A stretch of DNA of 64,000 bases from Pavona decussata (lineage: Eukaryota). The stretch's first letter is position 1. Each line of letters begins with the position of its first letter. Under the pieces are notes generated by a model that was given only the letters and a program-made list of their open reading frames with translations, was not told the origin of the DNA and did not search any database. A program made the position numbers and the translations under genes. Below, piece after piece: positions 27,381 to 41,036 of the stretch. Where the stretch lies: assembly GCA_977016875.1 (NCBI GenBank), contig CDRNST010000011.1:1116001-1180000 (forward strand), given 5' to 3'.

Positions 27381-28019
27381 TATCAAATAAATTAAGCAGA
27401 GAATTAATGGGTGGGTGTGACAATCTGAAATTCCCGCAGAAAACCGTAATCACTTAATGATTTCTCTGTCGCAAAAAAGACAACACAACACCATTCTTTT
27501 TAAAGTTTCTGCAATATTAAATGGAAGAAAAGCCAAATCATAACCTGCATTTTTTTCTTGCATATGGCCATGTTCGCCCTAAGACGAAAATTTGAGTTTA
27601 GCGCTTGCAAAGAAAATGAAAATTTTGTAATCCCCAATTTTTTTTTGTAATCCTGTTCGCACATGAAGATGCGAATTTTTTTAGTAACAGATGTCAATCA
27701 ATTTACCATCAAGTTGTCACGGCGTCTTGTCTGTTAATGTCTGTTTTTGCACAAAGTTTCCAGTTGAAGTTTGTGAATGAAAAATGCTCCCGCGAAATGT
27801 TATTATGGTGCTTTTTGCCTTCTGCTTTTCATGCAAAACCTGATCTTGCTACATCAACAATTAGTTATAGTTTTGGTTGCTAGGATTCGCCTGTTATGGA
27901 TTTTGGAGGTTTTAATTTAGCTGAGAAGACACCGCCATCGCCGTCATTTTCACCTGTACTGGAGAATTCCTCGCCCTGCAGAATCTTGGTTCGAAATCCA
28001 TCTGCACCAGTTCCATTTT

Positions 28020-28951
28020 TCTGAGACCTTGTTCCGTAGAAATATGCGAATGGGTAGAGAGTCATTTGACGATTTACTGAGGCTCTTAAGTGGTTATATT
28101 CAGAGGGAGAACACTTGCTTTAGAGATTGTATACCCCCTGAGAAAGTCTTGGCCACTGGATTATATCGGATAGGACATGTTGGATCTTAAGATAATACAG
28201 CCCTGGCAATGAATATCGGAAAAACTACCGTCCATGAAGCATTCAGAGTCGTTGTTGGTGCACTCTATGACATCAGAAACGACTTCATTTAACTCCCACT
28301 GACAGTAGATGAAACAGCAGCTTCAATTGCAACCTTCAACATTTGTCAATGCTACCACATATTGCCAGAGCAATCGACGGCTCTCATATAAAAATCAGAG
28401 CACCGAGGGAGAGTGCTGTTGATTATTTCAGCAGATACCAGGAACAAGATGTTGTGGTACAGACCGTAGTGAATGGGAAGAAGTTATTTATTGATGTCGC
28501 AGCTGCGTTTCCCGGGAGTTTACATGATGCTCGAGTGCTCTGAAATAGCAGTATTTATCAAAAAGCTGAAAATGGGGATATCCTTTCAGCTGGACCAATG
28601 CACCTCATCAGAACCTAAGAGATACAACCCTACCTGGTGGGTAATAGTGCATACCCACTTTCCCCTTGGCTGCAAAAACCATACCCTGAGGGCACGAGAG
28701 ACCCAGCGAAAATAAGATTCAATAAGGAATTGTCCTCCGCAAGAGTCGTGGTTGAGTGCACTTTTGGCATCTTGAAAAGCCGCTGGAGGATACTAGATGT
28801 TATAGAGGAAAGAGATATCGCTTTTGTGTTCAAAATAATTATAACCTGCGCTGTACTGCATTATTTCTGTATTTTGGCTGGTGATGAATGTGAAAACGGT
28901 GATTTCTACAAGGGTAATGACAATGAGTCAAACAACAGTGACAAAGTGTAA
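28020..28951 (+). pseudogene. PIF/Harbinger (HARBI1-like) DDE transposase pseudogene
   Basis: AIDGSHI, FPGSLHDARVL, GNSAYPL, SSARVVVECTFGILKSRWRIL, CAVLH; stops and a frameshift. Confidence 0.92.
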
Positions 28952-31651
28952 GAGATGGAGACGATGTAAGAGAACTACTACTTGATTTAAAAGTCATGTT
29001 TAATAAACGATTTGTTAAAAAAAATCATTGGAAAATAAAAGAATCTCATGTTAAAATCATTGGAAAAAACAGGAAAATATTTGATACATTTGATTTGTTT
29101 TGTTTTGAAAGTGGCAGCTATTTTTAGTACGATTTTTGATATTTCAAACACTCAATATCTAAAATACAACTTTTGTTAGGGGGGGGGGGGTCATTCGGTA
29201 TCATTGACGTGGAAGGCATTTGACTGGAAATTAACATTGTTTGTTTGTTAACTTTGTTTTCTTAATTCCCAAAGCTCTTTTGCAAAGTAAGAGAATTTGT
29301 AATTGACGACATGCAATCCCGCAAGCAGAAGAAACTCTAAAAAATCGCAGGTGTTTTGCATAAAAATACTTCACATTATGTTTCCATTGATTTTCTTGAG
29401 AGAAAAACATTAACCCTTTCGACTGCTCCACCTTTCATATTTTCAGGTAATCAGGTTGCAAGATGAGCTATCGTTGACAAAAGCCAACCTGAATCAAACA
29501 CTGCTTCTTGAAGTGAACGACAAGTTGGTAGGTCCCAATTTTTCTGTCCAAACTGGTGTTCATCACTGACCTAGAAGCCGAGAAAGCTATTACAAACAGG
29601 CTAACATTCCCCAGAATACGGGAAGTCCAAGAAGCATTTCCCGAGTGCAAAGAGGCACTAGTAAAAAGACTAAAGATTTGTCAGGTAATTACCATAACTT
29701 GATAGCTGACATAACAAGCCAAACAAGTGTGGTACCCTGGAGTTACCAAGGATTGGCCACCCAAAGAGAACTAAACAAAAAGGAATTCAGCCCTAATACT
29801 GTAGTCATCTCGACTTCCTTTTTGATTACTATGTAATTTTAAACGTATTACCACAGTTTCACACTTAAACAATCTGGCAAAATTTCCTTCTCGTCAGGTT
29901 CAAGCCATATGGAATGACACTTCCACCCCTTACCGCACTTTCCCAACTGTTGTTACTTGGAAGGATACCAATTCATGCAATTAGGGATGCCGGACATGCT
30001 GTCTCTATTTGGGCCATCGACAACTTGGAAAAGTGCATGGCTAAATGATTCAGTAAGTCGGATTTTACTGATAAGAAACTGCTGATGCACAGTTATCTGC
30101 CATACACCAAATATGAATGGAGCAGGATTCACTCTCTAAATTTTTGGTTTCGCTTTTAAGCAACAAATGCAGAACAAATTTACTCCCTTTTATCTTTGTC
30201 AGTTTCTAATAGTCTCCTTTAATATAACAGGTTATCAATTCGTATATGGCAGTATTAGAAAAACTGGCTAACAAAAATGCAAGTATAAAATGACTGTAAC
30301 AGTCAATGTTGCCTCACCTCATGAGCGGCAAGTAAAAGTAGTTTAATAGCTTTCTTTTACAATTGCAGGGCAAGTTCGTAATCACTGCGAATAGTTGGAA
30401 AGGCCTGGTGCAAAAAGGTAAGTAGCTGACATACACATTGCATTCATACTACTTTGCACATGCAGAATCGATTTTTTTGAAAATTGGTAAACATAAGGTA
30501 TATGCAAGGGAAAAGGGGGCATCTAAATGTTGGTCATTTTACGGTAAGACTACTGTGTTCTTCTATGTTCAGTCTTAACTATCGGTCATGTAACAAAGAA
30601 AAAACTGTCATAGTTATTTATCAACCGATGCACTTTTTTGCAATGTCTGCTTATTGCAATTGGTTACAGCTTGACATTTCAGCATACAAGAAATGAGTGT
30701 TCCCCTGTTAGGCTACCCAGCAATATCATTGGATACTAGGCATAAGTATACTTAAGGGGAACTACGGGCTCAGATACTTAACCTAAACATAACCGCCACC
30801 AATAATAATCACCTTAGACAAACTGAAGTTTATTGCAATTTCTGGTACTTGCTCATCATTTTTAGTTTTACAAAAGAACCATGGACAATTTATCGTATAA
30901 CCAGGGACTTCCATCTGAAAAAGACGGTGATAAAACCCCCAATGGAGGCAACAGCTTTGGGTATGAATCAAACTTTATTTGATCCCTTGAAGGCACGATT
31001 TCAAAACAGACCGACCAATACATAAGAGCTATGGTGACCTAAATGGTAACAGCGACGTTGAAATGCCTAGACCACAATAACTATGAGAGTGCTTGTTGCT
31101 TTCCTTCCAATAGCATAATAAAAGTATTTGCATTCGACTTGTCTTGAAAATCTAAAGTGATCATTTATTATAATCCGTCATTTAGACTTCTAAGAGATGA
31201 CAAGCATATCGACTTACTTCTTTCATATGGGAGCCCTGTAAAGTGCCGAATCGAGTACCGTGCCGAAAACAGTATGACGCATAAATTATGACAAATTTAT
31301 GCATTGTGTAATATCCCCTCATTAAGCATGTCATCAAGTATCTAGACCTATCTGTTTCACGCTAACACAAGCTATCTAAGTATTAACAGAGTCAGATTAC
31401 TAAATTTCATTCCCTTATGCACGTAAATAGTTCCGGCGACAGGATAATTGAATTAAAGCCCTAGTAAACCAAAATATCATACTTCGTGGTTTTCTGTGTA
31501 CCTTTACACCATAGTCTAACATGGTTTAAAAGGGCTTTTCATTTAAGACAGGCCGAAATGACGCGGATAATATTTCTCTCATCACGCCGGTCACACGATA
31601 TGCAATTGATCAATCTTTCAGGGTCACGTTTTGACCCCCCAGATTAATACG

Positions 31652-32156
31652 TCACGTTCATGTAACAGCATGTCACGCATATGGTACACGCCTCAGTCAC
31701 GCCTTGCTCAAGCACGTAACTCGTTTCCTTAACGCAAATCCGAAAACGTGTTGTACGTTTAACTTTCTGATTCTGTGTAGATATACAATTATGTAACTAG
31801 CACTTGTCAATCAAATCCCTCGTGAGGTAAGCAAAAATAAAGCCAAAAGTTTGCTTAGCGCTACTCACATGTTTAACTTTATTCTTAAAAAAAAATTCTA
31901 AACAAAACGTACGTTTTTGTTGTGACAAAAGTTTGACCTTTACAATCACAATTTGAAATATCCCAATCAAGACAGGGAAACATTTTTAATGCATCACGTA
32001 CATGTAACAAACATGTCACGCATATGCAACACGCCTCAGTCAGTCCTTGCTAAAGCATGTGACTCGTTTCCTTAACACAAATCCGTAAACGTGTTGTACG
32101 CCCAGGTGTACGTTTCACCTTCTGTGTATATATACAAGCATGTAACTATCACTTGT
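31652..32156 (+). repeat. Two ~160-bp direct repeats upstream of the cargo gene (putative duplicated promoter/first exon)
   Basis: 31652-31810 is close to 31994-32156; GTAAG donors follow at 31827 and 32271. Confidence 0.75.
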
Positions 32157-32236
32157 ACATCCCAATTAAGAAAGACCAAGAAACGTCAAACGTCAGAAAC
32201 CTTCAAATTTACAAGCCTTCAGTTTACAAGTGAATC

Positions 32237-35200
32237 ATGAGTAACGAGAGGTCTACGACTACGACATCAGGTAAGTTTAAGCTATACGAAAATTTCCTTG
32301 CTGATGCGAAAATGTTATCGGATAGGATTGATATAAAAAATATCAAAAAGGGTCATAAATGTTTTTTTTTTTCGTTCAAGCTATAATACTTACATGGTAT
32401 TACTCCTATAATATTTTTGATATAAGTACGCTATCGTCATTGTTAAGGAGCTTCACATGTCTGAATGAAAAAAAAGTATTCCAAATTAATCAGAAAAGTA
32501 TTCCAAATTAATCAGAAAAAGAACAAAATATGTACTCTTGAGACTAAGATTACTCTACATAGTCCAATTTAAAAAAAAAAAACGACTTAAAAGTATTGTA
32601 GTGCCAGTACAATAGAGAACGAGGTTACGAGTTAGCTAACTTAACAGTCCGATTATTCGGTTCCAAAAAAAAAAAAACCACTGCGGTATATGTCGGTATT
32701 CTAGTGCGTGCCGAATAGACTGACGAGACTAAGAATAAGTTAATTCAACAGTCGGCAATCATTTTTATGAAAAATAAACTGAATATGTTTGTATTCTAGT
32801 GCGTGCTGAATAGAGTACGAGATAGAGACTAAGTTAACACTACAGTCGGCAGTCATTTTTATGAAAAATGTGTTGTATATGTTTGTATTCTAGTGCGTCC
32901 CGAATAGAGTACGAGATAGAGACTAAGTTATGCATACCGAATAGAGTACGAGATAGAGACTAAGTTAACACTACAGTCGGCAGTCAGTTTTATGAAAAAT
33001 ATGCTGTATATGTTTGTATTCTAGTGTGTGCCGAATAGAGTACGAGATATGGAATAAGTTAACTAGACTGTCGGCAGTCATTTTGATAAAAAATATGCGG
33101 TATATTTTTGTATTCTAGTGCGTGCCGAATAGAGTACGAGATAGAGACTAAGTTAACACTACAGTCGGCAGTCATTTTGATGAAAAAATAAGCTGAATAT
33201 GTTTGTATTCTAGTGCGTGCCGAATAGAGTACGAGAGAGACTAAGTTAACTCAACAGTCTGCAGTCATTTCGATGAAAAATATGCTGAATATGTTTGTAT
33301 TCTAGTGCGTGCCGAATAGAGTACGAGATATGGAATAAGTTAACTAGACTGTCGGCAGTCATTTTGATGAAAAATATGCGGTATAGTTTTGTATTCTAGT
33401 GCCTGCCGAATAGAGTACAAGATAGAGACTAAGTTAACACTACAGTCGGCAGTCATTTTGATGAAAAACATGCTGAATATGTTTGTATTCTAGTGCGTGC
33501 TGAATAGAGTACTAAAGACTAAGTTAACTCAACAGTCTGCAGTCATTTTTATAAAAAAAAATATGCTGTATATGTTTGTATTCTAGTGCGTGCTGAATAA
33601 AGTACGAGATAGAGACTAAGTTAACACTACAGCCGGCAGTCATTTTGATGAAAAATATGCAGTATGTTTTTGTATTCTAGTGCGTGCCGAATAGAGTACG
33701 AGATATGGAATAAGTTAACTAGACTGTCGGCAGTCCTTTTGATGAAAGATATCCGGTATAGTTTTGTATTCTAGTGCCTGCCGAATAGAGTACAAGATAG
33801 AGACTAAGTTAACACTACAGTCTGCAGTCATTTTGATGAAAAAATAAGCTGAATATGTTTGTATTCTAGTGCGTGCCGAATAGAGTACGAGATAGAGACT
33901 AAGTTAACTCACCAGTCTGCAGTCATTTTTATAACAAAATATGCTGTATATGTTTGTATTCTAGTGCGTGCCGAATAGAGTACGAGATATGGAATAAGTT
34001 AACTAGACTGTCGGCAGTCATTTTGATGAAAAATATGCGATATATTTTTGTATTCTAGTGCGTGCCGAATAGAGTACGAGATAGAGACTAAGTTAACACT
34101 ACAGTCGGCAGTCATTTTGATGAAAAAATAAGCTGAATATGTTTGTATTCTAGTGTGTGCCGAATAGAGTACTAAAGACTAAGTTAACTTAACAGTCGGC
34201 AGTCATTTTGATAAAAAATATGCTGAATATGTTTGTATTCTAGTGCGTGCCGAATAGAGTACGAGATAGAGACTAAGTTAACTCAACAGTCGTCAGTCAT
34301 TTTGATGAAAAATTTGCTGAATATGTTTGTATTCTAGTGCGTGCCGAATAGAGTACGAGATAGAGACTAAGTTAACTTAATAGTCTGCAGTCATTTTGAT
34401 AAAAAATATGCTGAATATGTTTGCATTCTAGCTAGTGCGTGCCGAATAGAGTACGAGATAGAGACTAAGTTAACTAAACAGTCGGCAGTCATTTCGATGA
34501 AAAATATGCTGAATATGTTTGTATTCTAGTGCGTGCCGAATAGAGTACGAGATATGGAATAAGTTAACTAGACTGTCGGCAGTCATTTTGATGAAAAATA
34601 TGGGGTATAGTTTTGTATTCTAGTGCCTGCCGAATAGAGTACAAGATAGAGACTAAGTTAACACTACAGTCGGCAGTCATTTTGATGAAAAACATGCTGA
34701 ATATGTTTGTATTCTAGTGCGTGCTGAATAGAGTACTAAAGACTAAGTTAACTCAACAGTCTGCAGTCATTTTTATAAAAAAAAATATGCTGTATATGTT
34801 TGTATTCTAGTGCGTGCTGAATAGAGTACGAGATAGAGACTAAGTTAACACTACAGTCGGCAGTCATTTTGATGAAAAATATGCAGTATGTTTTTGTATT
34901 CTAGTGCGTGCCGAATAGAGTACGAGATATGGAATAAGTTAACTAGACTGTCGGCAGTCCTTTTGATGAAAGATATCCGGTATAGTTTTGTATTCTAGTG
35001 CCTGCCGAATAGAGTACGAGATATGGAATAAGTTAACTAGACTGTCGGCAGTCCTTTTGATGAAAGATATCCGGTATAGTTTTGTATTCTAGTGCCTGCC
35101 GAATAGAGTACAAGATAGAGACTAAGTTAACACTACAGTCTGCAGTCATTTTGATGAAAAAATAAGCTGAATATGTTTGAATTCTAGTGCGTGCCGAATA

Positions 35201-38200
35201 GAGTACGAGATAGAGACTAAGTTAACTCAACAGTCTGCAGTCATTTTTATAACAAAATATGCTGTATATGTTTGTATTCTAGTGCGTGCCGAATAGAGTA
35301 CGAGATATGGAATAAGTTAACTAGACTGTCGGCAGTCATTTTGATGAAAAATATGCGGTATATTTTTGTATTCTAGTGCGTGCCGAATAGAGTACGAGAT
35401 AGAGACTAAGTTAACACTACAGTCGGCAGTCATTTTGATGAAAAAATAAGCTGAATATGTTTGTATTCTAGTGCGTGCCGAATAGAGTACTAAAAACAAA
35501 TAGCATTATTTTAATATATTCCAAAAATTGTATTTTCTTTTTCTCCGAAGGATAAAGAAGAAGTGAAAGGTTTACCGCATAGCTTTTGTATCTGTGGTTT
35601 ACCTGCAACAAAGAGGTAGTTAATATATCATTTCTGTTTTTCTGATTGTTACTACAAGAATCAGTGACATTAAATGGTGTGTCCTCTTTTTTTATGCAGA
35701 GATGACACAGTTAAGTGTCAGTTAAAATATCCTGGTTGTCAAAAAGTGTTCCACACTGCCTGCGTAGGATTTGAGGGCCAGGCTGACACTTCTTTCATCT
35801 GCAAGCACTGTGAAGGTAACTGTTGTTTACAAGCTGCGGATATAATGAACTTCCTTATATTTCCTTTTCGAGACAGATAGACTCATTCTCTTCTTTGTCT
35901 TCCTTCTTTCCAGGAGAGGAAAGAGATCTCCCTTTTTGGAAACGGTGTGAAACTAAAACGATAAATCAGGTGAGTAGGAGTGGAATGATTTTAAAGATTT
36001 AGGAAACGTGCTTCTTATGCCATCGTTCCAACTCCCTTTTCCATAGGTGAACCAGTTGTTCGCAGAGGCAATGGATGGTGATACGCAAGAGCGAACGCTC
36101 CAGTGTGGCTTGAGCCTTGCCGATATTAAGTCTCTTTTACCAGGAGAAGATTTGAATGACAAGGTTTGTGATAGAAAGTTAAAAACTGCTCCACAAGAGC
36201 ATACTCTAACGTTAAGTGTCGAACCGGTTTTCTCAGCGTAAATTAAATCTGGTGCTACCTCATTTTAGTTACCTCATTTTAGTTACATCATTTTACTTTT
36301 GAGTGCAGTAATTAAGAGATATTAGAATTGACAAATGTCTCATTATGTATTTTTTCAGGTTATAAACTCATCACTCGCATTTTTTGCAGAAGAAATGGCT
36401 GCAGAGGTAAAGTAGGTGATTTAATGGGATAATTATTAAATGCTCCACAACGACGCACATTGCCCATGCAATTGATAAATGTCCTCTTTACTCTACTTAT
36501 CACATAATGTTTTTTTCCATTAACATGTACTGAAATTGAGGACAAAATTAACACGAAAACAAATTTATTTCGAAGGGAGCTACTTTGGCGTGCTATTCCT
36601 CTCATCTCCTGCCGAAGTTTCGACGCGACGGATTCATACAAGGGCACATGGGCCGCTGGTTCATGAAGGTAAGAAGTCATTGAATTCCACCTGATAGGTT
36701 GAGGTTTAAACCCTCTACAAATAGGAAACTAACTTTCGATCCTTCACGCAGATTAACCCCTTTGAGAGCGAGTGGATTATCATCCCAGTTCACGCTCCAG
36801 GACATTGGACAATTGCGGTAGGTATTAGTTAAATATTTACATTATACACGCAAAGTACATAAATTAAAAATATAACATACAATGGTAATAAAAAATAACA
36901 AACAATCTGAATTGAGAAATAACACTGATTCGCAGCCGGAGATCTTTCAAGATGATCCCAGCTGAATATTAATCAAAGATAAATTTACAATGTTATGATT
37001 CCTAATGAAAAAATATCACAACTTCCATTATTTTGCCAATTTAGGTGATACACGTTCCCGAAAGTACAATTTATTGGTACGATTCCATGAACCAAAAGAA
37101 CAACCAGGCCAAAGAAGATATAACAGCTATCAAGTAAGATTGTTTTACAAGGAAAAAAACCGTAAACACTATTTAACTCGAAGTGATTAAGATGAAAATA
37201 ACAAAGCTATGTTTTTTTAAGGCACATTTTTTGGATGGCAGCACATGAGCTAAGAACGGACGCTGATCCAACAAATTGGAAGGTAGCAAGACCTACCGAT
37301 GAAGGGGTGAGGGAAGATACACATATATACAATACCTTCAAGTGTTTATTGATTAGCAGTGGGAAAAATGAAAAGAAAACCTTGGAAAGGAAATTTTAGA
37401 CGTGGGCAATGCAAACAAACGTTTCTTTTTGCAAGCCACCGAAACGAAAGAATTTTTTTTTTCATATAAGCCCCTTGTTCCATTAGTCGTTATTGGCAGT
37501 ATCTTCACTGTATGAAAGACATCCACAATCATACGGTTTAAAAGGAGCTTGACTCAAAGAAAGCAGAATAATTAGAGTAAAACATTGTTTTTACAAAAAT
37601 ATAAGGACCAGTAATTAAAAAAATATGTAAAAATATACCATTGTACTCTGAGAAAATCTACTTAACTCTCGGACATATTCCACGTTCTCTTAAAACGTAA
37701 TGGGACACTAACTCCCCACCCCACTCCTCGTTGGAGGTACGAATTAGTTTCCATGTTTAATACACTAGCTAACACTAAGATAACATGGTTTCCTTTCAGG
37801 TCATTCCTCTACAGACATACGGAAATGACTGTGGAATATTCAGCTTAATGGTAATTATCCTCTTTGTCTCTGCCGAAGGGTGCATCTTAGTTTTCTACTA
37901 GCCAACTGCTAAGATATTTGCCATTCATGACAAACATTTCATACTTTATTTCAGTATGCTATATATAAAGTGAGGAACATCAAGTTTGACTTCACTGTGG
38001 TAAGTTATTCTTTGAGGCAAATGACTTGCTGAGATGCATGAAACGTTTCGGCGAGGCGGCAAGTATTCACTTAACGGACTTGGTGCCAATTCCTTTCAGA
38101 ACGACATGCCCACAATTCATCGCTGGATTGCATCAAATATCGTAAAAGTGGAAGTGTCAATGCAGACAAGGTACGTTATTGTAGGGTGATTGTTGTCTTC

Positions 38201-41036
38201 CTTTATATTTTCAATAAAAAAACCGCTCAATTCGATAAATTTGCGTATTTTAGAAATGAGAAATGCCATGGCCCCGCTGAAACGGAACATGAAGATGTTG
38301 CAGATATAGTTGAGTTGGAAGCAAATGCAGAAGAATTGGAGCCCCTAAAGCTCCCCCCAGTAAGCCAGGAGCGACTTATTGCGATTGATAAGGAGAAAAT
38401 CACGAAGGAGCAGAAGCCCACTGCTGGGAAAAAACTTCCTCGCAAAAGGAAAGAGCTAAAGAAATGTGAAAATTTTACAAGATCAAAAAGAAACTGGTGG
38501 TGTAACGTGGGCGCTACATTACTCTTTTTGTAGGTTGCTGCTGGGTCAAAGGGGCCATCCAAGAGAAAGAAAACTGCAACTGAAACAACAAAAACGCCCA
38601 CAAGAAAGAAAAGCAAGAAACAGATTGACAAAGAGCAAAGGTATGTATTGTTTTACTTTACGTATTCTACCTTGGGTAATGTTGTACAGCACTTCGTAAG
38701 AAAGGAGAACTAAAGAAATAGTATTCTTATATCTTCATAAGGGCAAAATTCCTTGAATATATGAACAACCTGGAGGACACGGCTGTTGGAGGAAAGCCAA
38801 CGGAGACGATAGAGGAGCTTATGAAAAAAGTAAGGAACTACTGCAGAAGCCTATATCAACACATGTAATTAGAACTGCTTAGTGTCTATTTTGTCGATAA
38901 GCAGTTTAGGACACCATTAGGATCCTTGATGTGTACTTTCTTATGACTACCAACAAAAAAAAAATAGAGGACGTCGCAAGTTCTAATCATCCCTATTTGT
39001 GCCTATTAGGTGGAATCAATGAGACCACAACTCGTTGAAATAGCATCGACTCCACGGTAAGTAAATAATTAAATACTACCATTGTCATTTTAGATATGAT
39101 CGTAAATTATGGTAAGAAACAAGGTGATAAATTTTTAAAAAATCATTTCCTCATTATGGAAAACCGTTCTAGGCAAAAAGAAACGGAGCAGTTAACCTTG
39201 CATAGTCCAATAGAAATATCTGACACGTACTGTAATCAATATGTCCATGAGAACCATTGGAACCCTGTTGATGTGACCCTAACAGCAAAGTGTCACATCA
39301 AGACTTTACTGAACTATGCAATAACTTGAAAAGTTGATCACAATAGAAACGGGCCCACTGGCTATTCGACTGGTCATTTTTAACTTAATAGGATAACCAC
39401 AAGGATCCAAAAAGGTGGTGAAAATTAGGGGATGACTGGACTTAAGACTGATGTTAAATGTGTTTAATTTTATTTATAAGAGTATTCGTATGGCGGAGTT
39501 CCAGAGTATTTGGAATTAATGATAAAGCCAGGTCGTTTTGCATCACGAATTTCCCTTCATTATGAGTTGCATACTGTACATCCCATAGCTGAATTCAGAC
39601 TAATCTAATCCTCTTGCTCACTAGTTCTACCACACGACCAAAGGAAAGGTACCAGAGGCACCAGGCGTTCCTTAATTTATCAAGGAGAAATTTCCACAAA
39701 CATCAGATGTTTGAATTTGGAATAAAATACTTTGGATTGGATTATTACATAGAGGTAAGCGAGCCAAGATGCGCGGACTATGCCCAAAGCACCGCGAGGC
39801 AAATCAGATATTAATTCAGTCACCCTACAGTACAGTTGAGATAAGAGTACGTTGTGAAAATCACTCTAGTTAACAAACTGAAAAAAAAGACGCTTTACTT
39901 TATCGGTCATTCACAAGGCAAAGCTTTTTTCGCAACAATTAACTTCCAAAAACTATGGTATTGTTTTCAACTTTTTCTTAGCTGTTTCATGTCAAAAACG
40001 AATCTTACCGTTGTAACGGTAACTGTATAGAAAAAAAAGGTACTAGTACGACTACATTAGCTGTTGAAATTTACAGACGTCAAGAAGAGAAAGGGCTATG
40101 ACAAATAAGCAAAAGCAACAAAAAACAAAACAAAAAAAATTCAATTCTGGTAATTCTGGTTCCTACCTTTTTATTTAAAATTTTCAGTTGAAGATGGCAG
40201 TCATTGACAAAATAGAGGACATGTTCACCAAGCGAACATCGCAGAAGCCTGGGTATGTACCTCACTTACATTTCCAGTCCCCGTAACTTAAATCAGCAAT
40301 GCTAGTTCAATTATGTATGGAATGTCATTTTTCCAATTTTACAGGACCCTGTGGCTGCCACCAACGTTTTACATCGATCTTCCACCTTCAATGGACCCGT
40401 ACGGCTTGGAAGGGAAATAGTAAGTCCATAATTATTGATCTAGCCGTAGCCACCACTTTCCTTTTCACATAGTTTCCCGGTGTGGCTTATGGTATTTTAG
40501 GTAACCCATAGGTTGTCTTCAAAACTAATACAATTGTTTCTTTCTGCAGCTATATAATGGAGGTCCTTGCCGAGGAAGCAGTTACAATTTTAATCATGGA
40601 GCGAGAAAACTGCGGTTATGAGACTGCTACGGGTCTAGCGTTTGGACATGACCAGCCGTTAAATACCCTGTACTATGAGAAGTGGTACGAACTTCTTCCA
40701 AGAGCAAGAGTACCGTCCATGGCACATGTGCAGGCTCGCGCAGCATATGACGTGAAAGTGAAGGACTTCCTTCAGAACACGCCGCTCAAAATCAATTTTG
40801 GTGATGTGCCATGGCCATGCGATGGAACAGCACAAGATATGGTTGCCGTCATGCTGTCAGGGGAGGACAAGGCAACCAAACGGAAAAGGATCAAGGACCT
40901 TGTCCTCTTCTGGCATCCAGACAAATTTTTTTCCCGCTATGACCGCATACTCGCCGAGAACGATCGGGAACTGACAACTGATTTAGTTCTCGATATTTCT
41001 AAAGAACTTTCTAGGGTTCTAGAAGAGGAAAGATGA
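32237..41036 (+). CDS. Spliced (~22 exons) PHD finger + Ulp1/SENP cysteine protease + MUM1-like + NFKBIL1-C-terminal-like protein
   Basis: Manual GT-AG splicing gives an open frame: CICG..C..C..FHTAC..CKHC (35558-35815); LNDK|VINS; IIIPVHAPGHWTIA (36752-36817); IYWYDS (37045-37133); PLQTYGNDCGIF (37800-37850); basic KRKK/RKKSKK stretch; last exon DVPWP...WHPDKF; AATAAA near 41055. The first exon join is the least certain. Confidence 0.85.
32690..35494 (+). repeat. Intronic tandem array, ~30 x ~94 bp, three unit variants, higher-order structure
   Basis: Consensus GTATTCTAGTGCGTGCCGAATAGAGTACGAGATAGAGACTAAGTTAACACTACAGTCGGCAGTCATTTTGATGAAAAATATGCTGAATATGTTT. Confidence 0.97.

Noticed and set aside
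32690-35494. CRISPR array
   Set aside because: The variable parts are a few recurring variants rather than unique spacers, there are no cas genes, and the context is a eukaryotic intron.
39391-39414. Extra micro-exon in the cargo gene
   Set aside because: Including it shifts the phase and leads to a stop in the 39625 exon; skipping it keeps the frame open.
40557-41036. Stand-alone DnaJ or NFKBIL1 gene
   Set aside because: It is the last exon of the spliced cargo gene (acceptor at 40549); no ankyrin repeats or full J-domain are evident.
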